Source of the DNA: an uncultured delta proteobacterium
GTDB taxonomy: Bacteria > Myxococcota_A > Polyangia > Polyangiales > Polyangiaceae
NCBI GenBank assembly: GCA_963806225.1
Contig: CAWDXG010000004.1
Location: forward strand, 4,224,001 to 4,288,000
Reading direction: 5' to 3'
Length of the DNA stretch: 64,000 nucleotides
Below are positions 45,058 through 54,504 of this stretch, piece by piece; the stretch's first letter is position 1; the number at the start of each line of letters is the position of its first letter. The position numbers were made by a program, and so were the translations under genes. Under the pieces are notes generated by a model. That model was given only the letters and a program-made list of their open reading frames with translations. It was not told the origin of the DNA and searched no databases.

Positions 45058-46035
45058 TCATCTCGATGGGTCGGCGCAGCAACGGAAGCCAAGTCCGACA
45101 GCAACTTGCTCCATGGACGGGAAACCGACGCTCTCGGCGCAGCCCAGCGTCTGGTCCCATGCCGTTCCGCTGGAAACGCAACCTTCGCCCGGCACGCTGC
45201 ACATGTTCTGCCACTCTGCAACGCTGCCGCTCACGTCGTACACGCGATCGAAGGGCCCAGTGGTGCCGCGACACTGACGATCAGCAGTGTCCGTCACGTC
45301 GAGGGCGCCTGCACCGTGCTGCTGCACCCAGGTCTGGTCGATGCAGCGGCCGGGTTGGTAGGTGTTGCCGTAGGGGTAGGTCGTCTTTCCCTGCTGGGTG
45401 CATGCGTTCATGAATTCGCTCTGCGGGCTCTCGGCAACGGTCTTGACGAAGGTTCCCCACTGCTGCGGGGTCAGCTTCGACTGGTTGTCGATGCGTTCGG
45501 AGCCCTTGCCCACCCGGCCGCAAAGCCGCTTGCCTGCCCACTCGCAGTAGGCGAGTGCATCGCAGAAGTCGACGCAGCCGACGGCCTGGTTCGGGCGCAT
45601 GCTGTTCCAGTCCGCCTCCCGGCAGAAGAACGGCGTGCCCGGCTGGGTGTCGGCGTCAGCGGTCTGCAGCGCGGGCGTGAAGCTGGTGTTCCAGGAGCAC
45701 GCGCTGGGCTGGCCCGAGGTATCCCCGGCCCTCGCCTTGACGAACGCATCGTACTCGGCGCGCGTCGTCTCGCGGACGTCCATGCAGTACTTCGAGCCGT
45801 CGGGAGCCGGCAGCAGCACCATGGCGGGGCCTTCGCCGGACGGGCACTCCGGTCCTGAAGCTACCCCGCCCGCGCCGTCAGCTGTGCTGCCCGGCGCGGG
45901 TTCGGGTGAAACGGACGTCTCCTCCTTGCACGCGCCGGCGGTCGCCAGCGTCACGGCCACGATGGCCAGCCAGGGCGGTGCACGTCCGATCCAAGAATGT
46001 CCTGTCGGGGATTTCATCACAACACCTCCATCCAT
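45058..46035 (-). CDS. FGE-sulfatase (SUMF1)-like domain lipoprotein, copy 1
   Basis: YCMDVRETTRAEY, DALAYCEWAGKRLC, YPYGN, YDVSGSVAEW, GFRCC. Confidence 0.8.
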   Translation of the reverse strand: MDGGVVMKSPTGHSWIGRAPPWLAIVAVTLATAGACKEETSVSPEPAPGSTADGAGGVASGPECPSGEGPAMVLLPAPDGSKYCMDVRETTRAEYDAFVKARAGDTSGQPSACSWNTSFTPALQTADADTQPGTPFFCREADWNSMRPNQAVGCVDFCDALAYCEWAGKRLCGRVGKGSERIDNQSKLTPQQWGTFVKTVAESPQSEFMNACTQQGKTTYPYGNTYQPGRCIDQTWVQQHGAGALDVTDTADRQCRGTTGPFDRVYDVSGSVAEWQNMCSVPGEGCVSSGTAWDQTLGCAESVGFPSMEQVAVGLGFRCCADPSR

Positions 46036-48375
46036 GGGTCGCCGAACGTGCGGCTATGCTCGGTTTGGAACCCGCTGCTCGAAGTGAGCCAGCGCACGAT
46101 GCCCTGGTCCGGATCGACGATCAGCAGGTCGTTCAGACCGTCCCCGTCCATGTCGGACACGCTGTAGACAGCTGTCCGACGGCGTTGGGCTCCGGCGGTC
46201 GTGTCCAGGACGTGCTCCGCGCCGCTGCAGTCGGACCAAGTCGTGTTCTTCTCGTACAGCGTGAACGGCCATCCGCTATAGCTTCCGCCGTCGAACATGA
46301 ACATGTCGGACTGGCCATCGCCGTTCCAGTCTATCCCGCCAATCGGTGCCGAGTCGGGGGTTCCCAGTATACAGCCGCCGGTCACGCTCGCGGAGGACAC
46401 CGGATTCATCATCATGTTCCACGTGCCGTCCTGCGGATAGAAGACGACGGCGGACAGTCGCGATTTCAGCGAATACCACGACCCATTCCAGCACCATCGA
46501 ACGTAGCGCTGGCCCGCCACGGGCACCACGCCGGCGACATCCGTGAGGCTGCCGTTCATGTGCGGGATGAAGTTGGTCGAGAACTGTCGCGTGATCATCT
46601 GGGATGCGTCCCAGTTCTGCATCGAGCCTACCAGCTTGAACTGCGCCGTCATCGGCTCGTAGACGGCCAGATCCGCCTCGTCGTCGCAGTCGTACTGCCC
46701 TGGCAGCGGGACGGCGCCAGAATCTGCGCTGGAGATGGTCACCTTCGTGTAGTTCGACCAGGATAGTTCCTTGAAGTAGTAGGCGCCGTTGGAAGGCCGG
46801 TACACGGCCAGTGCGTCGGGGGCCGAGCCGTCGAAATCGAGGCCGGGCTCGGGCGCGTCCTCACGCCACCCGAACTGGGTCACGGTTGGGCTCGAGCAGC
46901 TGGTGGTGGGGCACCAGCGCCAGTAGCCAGCATGATCGGTTGGGTCGTCGCGGTTGATGCCGCCGCCGGGCTGGTAGACGGCGAGATTCGTATGCCCGTC
47001 GCCTGTGTAGTCCGCCGGGACGGGCGTGTCCCCCAGCCCGCCGAAGGCCACGTCGATGTCCTGTCCGGAGACCTGGCTGTAGCCATTGCCGCTCAGCAGC
47101 ACGATGAACTCGCCGCTCACACCTAGCGTCTTCGGCGGGATCCAGACCCCGATATCGCGCAGGCCGTCGCCATCGAAGTCCAGCTTGGCGCCCGGCTGCC
47201 GCTGGCGCCAGCTGCCGAGACGCGTGCGAAGACCGCTAGTGGTGGGCACCGGGTAGTTGAAGCCATCGTAGATTGCGTTGTAGTTGGCCGTCGTGAACTG
47301 CTGTTCCCAGCGCAGGAACTTGCGCACGATCTCGACCTGCGAGTCGCTGATGTTCTTGGGCCGCGCCGCCGTGTTGCTGGTGTAGGCCATGATGTTCTCG
47401 CCGTAGTCGGCATTGCCTTGCGGAAAGCTCAGGCCCTTCAAACCCGCGTGGCCGGTCTGGAGGGTCTCGTAGTAGGTTGCGGAGGCCCCGACCCTGCAGG
47501 TCATGATGCCGGCCGCGCCGATGCTGCAGTTGTCTGCGTCTCCGGGAGTGGCTCTGGACGGCCTGTTGTTGATCAAGCGGAGGGAACCCTCGTCGGCTTC
47601 CGCTTGGCCGAGATCGTCGTAGTACTTGTTCGGATTGGCGGGGCTGGTGCCCCACTTGTAGACCAGGTCCCAACGGTCGGAACGCTTCCAGGGCTGCTGC
47701 GTGCTCGGGTCATTGTGGTCGTTGAACTGGAAGGTATGCGCCAGGCCGAGGAAGTGCCCGATCTCGTGGGCGGCGTAGTAGGGGTGGTAGGCGAGAGGCG
47801 GCTCGTTCCAGATGCAGCTGCGGCCCTCCGAGGGGAAATTGCAGGTGTTGTCTCCGTACGCCTGCTTGAGCCAGACCGTAATCTCGTTGGGCTCCGCGTA
47901 GACGGCGGCGACGGCGCGGAGCCAGTCTGGTTTGCTCTTCTGCTTTCCGGCAAGCCACGCGTCTGTCGGCGCGCCGGGAAACGGTGTTGCTGCGTTCGGA
48001 TTGTGGGCAAGCTCTGCTTCAACCGAGCTCCAAGAATGCGGGCTGCCCCAAGGTGTCATGTCGTAGAAATCCGGCATCACGTACGACTCGACCGAGCGGA
48101 TCCAGAACTGCACGCCGGCCGCCTTCCATATCTGGTTCGCGTCCTGGACGTTCAGCAGCAGAGCCTGCGGCATTGTCGCACGCGCTCGGGCTGTCCAGCA
48201 TGCGGATGAAGCGGACCGGGATGATCCGTTCCGACCCGTTCGCGCTCAGGCTCTGGTGCGTCGTGCGAGTGCTACTCCCGAGCTGGTTAGGCCGGCTGGA
48301 CGCGTTCCCGCAGCCGCAGGCGGTCAACGCCATCATGGAACTTCCGACTCCCAATCCCGCGACCCACCTCATCAT
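46017..48375 (-). CDS. Secreted zinc metalloprotease (HEIGHFLGLAH) with FG-GAP/VCBS repeats, copy 1; leader split by a frameshift near 48175
   Basis: Metzincin motif, DFDGDG/DYTGDG/DMDGDG repeats; lipoprotein-like leader lies in a different frame (ORF 48019-48375). Confidence 0.8.
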
Positions 48376-48599
48376 GAAAGCCTGCGCCCCCCCCCCCCCG
48401 GAGTTGTCAAGCGCATCTGCCGGGTTTCTGCGAGGGGGAGGGCGACGGAGTCGTCGACCAGGGCTTCGAGCGCGATGGGATCGCCGAGAGGGCGAAGCCG
48501 ACGCCCGTTGCGCGCGCGCTCTGCGTCACTTGACGGAGCCGAGCGCGTCGCGCTGGCGGCCGCCACCGGCGGACCGCCGTGTCGCCACCCCGCCGCGCG

Positions 48600-50473
48600 C
48601 ACGAAATAGCGCGAATCACCGCTCCGCCGTGCCGGCACGCCGCTTGCGCAGGCGCGCGCCGTGTCCGCCGCGTCTGCCGCGTCCGCCGTGTCTGCCGCGT
48701 CCGCCGCGCGCGCCAAGCCGACGTACTCGCGCCGCCATCCGGAAGCGACTGCCCTGTACCGCGTGGTGCAGGGCAACCTCCTCACGCTCTACGCCGCCGC
48801 CGAGCAGGGCTTCGCCGCGCCGCTTCCCGGCTTCGTCAAGGGCGAGCTCGAGCGCTTCGTCGACTGCGGGATCCTGGCGCGGGGATTTTCCGTGCTCGCG
48901 TGCCCCGACTGCCAGAGGCGGAGGGTCGCCGCGTTTTCCTGTAAAGGCCGCTCCTTGTGCCCATCATGCCTGGGCCGGCGCATGGCGGCCGGCGCCGCGG
49001 ACCTTGTGGAACACGTTCTGCCGCCGGGCGTACCGCTCAGGCAGTGGGTGCTCACGCTGCCGTTTGAGCTCAGGGCGCGGCTCGCCTACGACGGCAAGCT
49101 CTGCGGCGCGGTCTGCCACGCCTTCGTCGACTCGGTGCTCCGCTGGTACCGCCGCCGCCTGCGCGAGCGCGGCATCGACGGCGGCAGGAGCGGCGCCGTC
49201 ACCGCTGTACAACGCGTATCGAGTGATTTCCGGCTCAACCCACATTTCCATTCGATCGGTCTCGATGGGGTGTTCACCGAGGACGAGAGCGGCGAGCTCC
49301 GCTTCCATCCGCTGCCCTTCCTGACCAACGACGACGTCGCCGACGTGCTGCAGATCGCCCGCGCGCGCATCCTCGCGCTCTTGCGACGCAAGGGCGTGAT
49401 CGCGGACGCCGACGAGAGCGGCAGCGGCAGCGGCGGCGGCAGCGGCGCGAGCGTTGTCAGCGCGGACGCGACGCTCGCCGACCAGGAGCCCGCGCTCGCC
49501 CAGCTCGCCGTCGCCTCCACGCTCGGCACCGTGCCGGCAGGCCCCGCGCTGCGCCGGCGCGATCCCATCACGCTGCGCGGCGGAGCCGGGCTCCTCCACA
49601 CCAAGGCGCTGTGCGCCACCCTGGGCGGCTTCTCGTTGCACGCCGCCACCACCGCCAGCGCCACCGACGCCGCGGGAAAGGAAGCGCTCTGCAAGTACAT
49701 CCTGCGGCCGCCGATCTCCCAGGAGCGCGTGCAGCTCGCTAGTGACGATCTCGTGCGGCTGGTCCTCAAGCGGCCGTTCAGTGATGGAACAGTCGCGCTC
49801 GAGATGGACCCTCTGTCCCTGCTGGCGCGACTCGCGGCGGCCGTGCACCCGCCACGGTTCAATACGGTGAGGTACGGCGGCGTCCTCGCTGCACACAGCA
49901 AATGGAGAGCGCGCATTGTTCCGCCGCCGCCGCCGCCGGGCGACGACAAGAACGACAACGACAACGACGCGCACTGCGCGACGTGCAGCGCGAAGAAGAA
50001 GGGCAAGCCGCCCACGCATCGCTGCGGGTATCGCCCATGGCGCGAGTTGCTCCGCCGCAGCTTCAAAATCGACGTCGAGCAGTGCGAGCACTGTGGCGGC
50101 AGGATGAAGCTCCGCGCGCTGGTCGTCACCGCTGCCGGCATCGTGCGCTATTTGAAGTGGCTCGGCGAGCCCACCGAGCCGCCCACGCTCGCGCCCGCGA
50201 GGGGGCCGCCCTTCTTCAAGAGCCGCGTCATCCGCCGCCGGCTCGGAGAGCCCGTGCAGGCGGAGCTGTTCGACGCGCCCTGAACGCGCGCTCGCAAGGG
50301 CGGGGATCCGACCGGAGGCGGGGTGGTCGTGCGCGGGCGACGCGCGGGAGGCCGGACGCCCCGCCGGCGGGCATTCCGCGGAGCTCGATCGGGGCGTAGA
50401 CTGTCCGGGCGAGGCCGGGAGAGTGACGTGGGGCAACCAGGAGCAACGAGCAGAGGGCGTTCATCCTACCTAC
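48600..50473 (+). mobile_element. IS91-family element copy B (complete; left boundary approximate)
   Basis: Full transposase plus 190-bp 3' region ending gttcatcctacctac; no terminal inverted repeats or target duplication seen. Confidence 0.85.
48661..50283 (+). CDS. IS91-family rolling-circle (Y2) transposase
   Basis: Zn-binding domain CGILARGF...CPDC...FSCKGRSLCPSC, RQWVLTLP, NPHFH, CKYILRP, VRYGGV, CEHCGGRM. Confidence 0.92.
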   Translation: MSAASAASAVSAASAARAKPTYSRRHPEATALYRVVQGNLLTLYAAAEQGFAAPLPGFVKGELERFVDCGILARGFSVLACPDCQRRRVAAFSCKGRSLCPSCLGRRMAAGAADLVEHVLPPGVPLRQWVLTLPFELRARLAYDGKLCGAVCHAFVDSVLRWYRRRLRERGIDGGRSGAVTAVQRVSSDFRLNPHFHSIGLDGVFTEDESGELRFHPLPFLTNDDVADVLQIARARILALLRRKGVIADADESGSGSGGGSGASVVSADATLADQEPALAQLAVASTLGTVPAGPALRRRDPITLRGGAGLLHTKALCATLGGFSLHAATTASATDAAGKEALCKYILRPPISQERVQLASDDLVRLVLKRPFSDGTVALEMDPLSLLARLAAAVHPPRFNTVRYGGVLAAHSKWRARIVPPPPPPGDDKNDNDNDAHCATCSAKKKGKPPTHRCGYRPWRELLRRSFKIDVEQCEHCGGRMKLRALVVTAAGIVRYLKWLGEPTEPPTLAPARGPPFFKSRVIRRRLGEPVQAELFDAP

Positions 50474-50596
50474 GGGCGGACGCCACGCCGGCGCGCCTTG
50501 CGCGGGCTCCATCGAGGCGTAGACCGTCCGGCAGAGGCAGCGAGAGCAACGTGGGGCAACCAGGAGCAACGAGCAGAGGGCGTTCATCGCACCTAC
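50474..50596 (+). repeat. Tandem, diverged second copy of the IS91 ori-end region (123 bp)
   Basis: Similar to 50351-50473; ends gttcatcgcacctac. Confidence 0.85.
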
Positions 50597-50775
50597 GGGC
50601 GCCGGACGCGGTGTGCGGCGCGGGCCAGTGTTGCATCGGCGGCGCGTGCGCGCCCTGCTGCAAGACGAAGCTCGACTGCAAGGCCGGACAATGCTGCGTC
50701 GCAGGTCGCTGCGACGTGTGTCCGTGCACCACCACCGCCCAGTGCGGCTCCGGCCAGACCTGCTGTAGCTACTGA
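50597..50775 (+). pseudogene. 3' fragment of a Cys-rich protein gene cut by the IS end
   Basis: VCGAGQCCIGGACAPCC...QTCCSY-stop, followed by the RBS of the next gene. Confidence 0.6.
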
Positions 50776-50782
50776 AGGAGAA

Positions 50783-52183
50783 ATGACGATGGCTTGTCTC
50801 TATCGACGTGGGATCCCCCTGCTCGCCGCCGCCGTCGCGCTCGCGGCAGCCGTCGCCTGCAGCGGAGGCGGATCGCCGGCCACGACCGGCACCGGCGGCA
50901 GTAGCGCTGCGGGCGGCGCCGCGGCGACCGGCGGCGCCGCGGCGACCGGCGGCAGCAGCGCCAGCGGTGGCACAGGCGCGACCGCGGGCAGCGGCGGAAC
51001 CTGCTCGCTCACCGTCTGCGGCGGCAAGTGCGTCGACACCCAGACGGACAGCGCGAACTGCGGCGCGTGCGGCACGGCCTGCGCCCAGCCCACCACCTGC
51101 CAGGCCGGCGCGTGCAAGCCGGTGCCCGGCGCCTTTGGCGACGCGTGCACCAAGAGCGGCGACTGCACCTCCCAGCTCTGCCTGCAGAGCGGCCACTGCT
51201 CGAAGAAATGCGCGAGCGCGAGCGACTGCCCGCCCGCCCCCGAGTGGAGCTGCGCGCCGCTGCCCGGTTACCCGCAGATGTGCCAGTGCACGCCGAGCGG
51301 CAAGGAAGTCTGCGACGGCCAGGACAACGACTGCGACGGCCTGGTCGACAACGGCGCCACCTGCTCGCAGACCGGCTACACGTGCCAGAACGGCGCCTGC
51401 GCCTGCGCGCCCGGAAATCTCTGCGGCACGACCTGCGTCGACAAGCAGACCGACGTGAACAACTGCGGCGCGTGCGGCAAGAAGTGCGCGACCGGGGCGA
51501 GCTGCCAGGGTGGGACGTGTACCTGCCCGAACGGCGGAACGGTGTGCAACGGCGCGTGCGTGGACACGGGCACCGACGTGAACAACTGCGGGACCTGTGG
51601 CACGCAGTGCGCGGCGTGCATCGGCGGGACGTGTACGTGTCCGAACAGCACCGTCCTGTGCGGCGCGTCATGCGTCGATCCCAAGACAGACGCAAAGAAC
51701 TGTGGGACCTGCGGCCACGCGTGCGCAACGGGTGGGTTCTGCACGAACGGTGACTGCGGCAGCGAATGGGCCGGCTGGCGCATGCCGAATCCGGTTGCCG
51801 CCAGCTTGCCCAACCCGGCCAGCTACGACACCAGCACGCCGGGGGTTGTCGTGGACAAGGTGACGGGCCTGATGTGGCAGCGCGCCGTCGACCCGAACAG
51901 CTACACCTGGGCCCAGGCCAAGACCTACTGCGCGGGCCTCGCCCTCGCCGGCCACAGCGACTGGCGCCTGCCCACCGAAATCGAGCTGTACTCGCTGGTC
52001 GACTACACGACCCGCAATCCCGCCATCGACGCAGCGGCGTTCCCGAACACGCCGGCGGACTATTTCTGGTCCTCGTCACCGCTGGCCAGCCAACCGTCCG
52101 GCGCGTGGCTCGTCGGCTTCGGCTACGGCAACACGAGCAGCCTCGGCGTGACGACTACGACCCGCGTGCGTTGTGTGCGTTGA
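50783..52183 (+). CDS. DGR target 1: lipoprotein with Cys-rich repeats and C-terminal DUF1566 (Lcl, C-type lectin fold) domain
   Basis: RBS aaggag, lipobox AVAC, CVDxxTDxxNCGAC repeats, EVCDGQDNDCDG, DKVTGLMWQ, WRLPTEIEL, YFWSSS, RVRCVR. Confidence 0.88.
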   Translation: MTMACLYRRGIPLLAAAVALAAAVACSGGGSPATTGTGGSSAAGGAAATGGAAATGGSSASGGTGATAGSGGTCSLTVCGGKCVDTQTDSANCGACGTACAQPTTCQAGACKPVPGAFGDACTKSGDCTSQLCLQSGHCSKKCASASDCPPAPEWSCAPLPGYPQMCQCTPSGKEVCDGQDNDCDGLVDNGATCSQTGYTCQNGACACAPGNLCGTTCVDKQTDVNNCGACGKKCATGASCQGGTCTCPNGGTVCNGACVDTGTDVNNCGTCGTQCAACIGGTCTCPNSTVLCGASCVDPKTDAKNCGTCGHACATGGFCTNGDCGSEWAGWRMPNPVAASLPNPASYDTSTPGVVVDKVTGLMWQRAVDPNSYTWAQAKTYCAGLALAGHSDWRLPTEIELYSLVDYTTRNPAIDAAAFPNTPADYFWSSSPLASQPSGAWLVGFGYGNTSSLGVTTTTRVRCVR

Positions 52184-52190
52184 GGACGGG
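52023..52190 (+). repeat. DGR variable repeat VR1 with IMH-like constant 3' end
   Basis: 168-bp ungapped repeat with 52986-53153; 21 mismatches in 13 codons. Confidence 0.88.
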
Positions 52191-52661
52191 ATGACCGGGG
52201 CCACCAACGTGTACCTGACGCCGCTCGATCACTTCGTGCAGCGCACGCTCGGCTTCGGCGGCTACGTGCGGTACGTGGACGACTTCATCCTGCTCCACCC
52301 CGACCCGGCGCGGCTCGAGGCCGCGCGCGAGCGCATCGTCACCTCGAGCAGCACCCGCGCGCGCAGCAACTCAACGCGCACCGGACCGCGGCTCGCGCCG
52401 AGGCTCGACACGGACACACGAACGCCCGGGCCGACCGCGAGCGGAGCGGGCTCGTTTTTCGGCCTGCGCCGCTCGCGCGGGCGGCGTCGCGCCTGGCGCC
52501 TGCCCTGGCGCTTCGCGCACCGCCTCATCGAACGGATCCTGCGCGCCGGACATCCGGTCGCCGTCGCCCTGGAACGGAGCGAGCCGAGCGGCAACGTCAA
52601 GCGCCGCGAGCTTGCCTATCTCCTCGAGCCGATTGCCGGCTCGAGTCTGGAGGAGTCATGA
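52191..52661 (+). pseudogene. Internally deleted DGR-type reverse transcriptase with MutS-domain-I-like tail
   Basis: NVYLTPLDHFVQRTLGFGGYVRYVDDFILL (RT region 4-5); tail LIERILRAGHPVAVALE...GNVKRREL; N-terminal RT motifs absent. Confidence 0.85.
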
Positions 52662-53146
52662 GTCATCGAACGTTGCGTCCATCCGGTCTTCGTCGCGGCT
52701 TTCATCTGGCGGCCCTCGCCCTCGGCGCAGCCTCGGTGCTCTGCCTGCCGGCCTCGAACGCCCGGGCCAACGCCCCGCCCGGCCGCTACAGCATTGCGAA
52801 CGGCACGGTGACCGACACCGCCACGAAGCTCGTGTGGCAGCAGGCCGTGGACCCGGGCACGTACACCTGGGCTGGCGCCAAGAGCTACTGCGCGGGCCTC
52901 TCGCTCGCCGGCGGCGGCTGGCGCGTGCCGAGCATGAAGGAGCTGATGACCCTGGTCGATTTCAGCGTCGGGCCCCCCGGGCCGACCATCGACGCAGCGG
53001 CGTTCCCGAACACGCCGGCGGACTATTTCTGGTCCTCGTCACCGCTGGCCGGCCAGTCGTCCTACGCGTGGCTCGTCTTCTTCAGCATCGGCGGCACGGG
53101 CTACAACGGCGTGACGTATACGCTCCGCGTGCGTTGTGTGCGTTGA
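52658..53146 (+). CDS. DGR target 2: secreted single-domain DUF1566 (Lcl) protein
   Basis: Signal peptide, VTDTATKLVWQ, WRVPSMKEL, YFWSSS, RVRCVR; ATGA overlap with the RT remnant stop. Confidence 0.88.
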   Translation: MSHRTLRPSGLRRGFHLAALALGAASVLCLPASNARANAPPGRYSIANGTVTDTATKLVWQQAVDPGTYTWAGAKSYCAGLSLAGGGWRVPSMKELMTLVDFSVGPPGPTIDAAAFPNTPADYFWSSSPLAGQSSYAWLVFFSIGGTGYNGVTYTLRVRCVR

Positions 53147-53153
53147 GGACGGG
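52986..53153 (+). repeat. DGR variable repeat VR2 with IMH-like constant 3' end
   Basis: Partner of 52023-52190; shared 3' end cgcgtgcgttgtgtgcgttgaggacggg. Confidence 0.88.
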
Positions 53154-53345
53154 TTTATAGCCCGCGAACAACCCGGACGACTGCGCGGAAGTAGCGATTA
53201 TGTCGTCTGATTCCCGAAGGTTCGGCGCTGCTGCGCAGGCTGCAGGGACTGCTCGATGACCGCCGAGCCGTGCTCGGTTACGCTTTCGGGCGAGCGTTGG
53301 AATGCCTGGCCTTGCATGCTGAGCGTGTTCGGCTACGACGACGCG

Positions 53346-54452
53346 CCGCGCGCATCCTCGCGCTCTTGCGACGCAAGGGCGTGATCGCGGACGCCGACGA
53401 GAGTGGCAGCGGCAGCGGCAGCGGCGCGAGCGTTGTCAGCGCGGACGCGACGCTCGCCGACCAGGAGCCCGCGCTCGCCCAGCTCGCCGTCGCCTCCACG
53501 CTCGGCACCGTGCCGGCAGGCCCCGCGCTGCGCCGGCGCGATCCCATCACGCTGCGCGGCGGAGCCGAGCTCCTCCACACCAAGGCGCTCTGTGCCACCC
53601 TGGGCGGTTTGTCGCTGCACGCCTCGACCACCGCCAGCGCCACCGACGCCGCGGGAAAGGAAGCGCTCTGCAAGTACATCCTGCGGCCGCCGATCTCCCA
53701 GGAGCGCGTGCAGCTCGCTAGTGACGATCTCGTGCGTCTGGTCCTCAAGCGGCCGTTCAGTGACGGAACAGTCGTGCTCGAGATGGACCCTCTGTCCCTG
53801 CTGGCGCGACTCGCGGCGGCCGTGCATCCCCCGCGTTTCAATACGGTGAGGTACGGCGGGGTCCTCGCTGCACACAGCAAATGGAGAGCGCGCATTGTTC
53901 CGCCGCCGCCGCCGCCGGGCGACGACAAGAACGACAACGACAACGACGCGCACTGCGCGACGTGCAGCGCGAAGAAGAAGGGCAAGCCGCCCACGCATCG
54001 CTGCGGGTATCGCCCATGGCGCGAGTTGCTCCGCCGCAGCTTCAAAATCAACGTCGAGCAGTGCGAGCACTGTGGCGGCAGGATGAAGCTCCGCGCGCTG
54101 GTCGTCACCGCTGCCGGCATCGTGCGCTATTTGAAGTGGCTCGGCGAGCCCACCGAGCCGCCCACGCTCGCGCCCGCGAGGGGGCCGCCCTTCTTCAAGA
54201 GCCGCGTCATCCGCCGCCGGCTCGGAGAGCCCGTGCAGGCGGAGCTGTTCGACGCGCCCTGAACGCGCGCTCGCAAGGGCGGGGATCCGACCGGAGGCGG
54301 GGTGGTCGTGCGCGGGCGACGCGCGGGAGGCCGGACGCCCCGCCGGCGGGCATTCCGCGGAGCTCGATCGGGGCGTAGACTGTCCGGGCGAGGCCGGGAG
54401 AGTGACGTGGGGCAACCAGGAGCAACGAGCAGAGGGCGTTCATCCTACCTAC
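53346..54452 (+). mobile_element. IS91-family element copy C (5'-truncated, ori end intact)
   Basis: Near-identical to copy B from ARILALLRRKG to the terminal gttcatcctacctac. Confidence 0.9.
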
Positions 54453-54504
54453 GGGCCGCGCCGCCGCGCCCAGCTTCGTCGCCGCACGCTCGAAGCACGA
54501 GCGC

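Larger units (their letters stand above)
45023..48715. repeat. Copy 1 of a ~3.7-kb direct duplication (copy 2 at 60052-63746)
   Basis: Constant offset of 15029; only a few substitutions seen. Confidence 0.95.

Noticed and set aside
45058..46035. FGE-like lipoprotein (CLec fold) as another DGR target
   Set aside because: Its 3' end shares no sequence with VR1/VR2 and the two copies encode identical proteins.
52191..52661. RT fragment as a group II intron or retron
   Set aside because: No intron-like or msr/msd context seen; the flanking paired variable repeats and the LDHFV...YVRYVDDF context fit a DGR.
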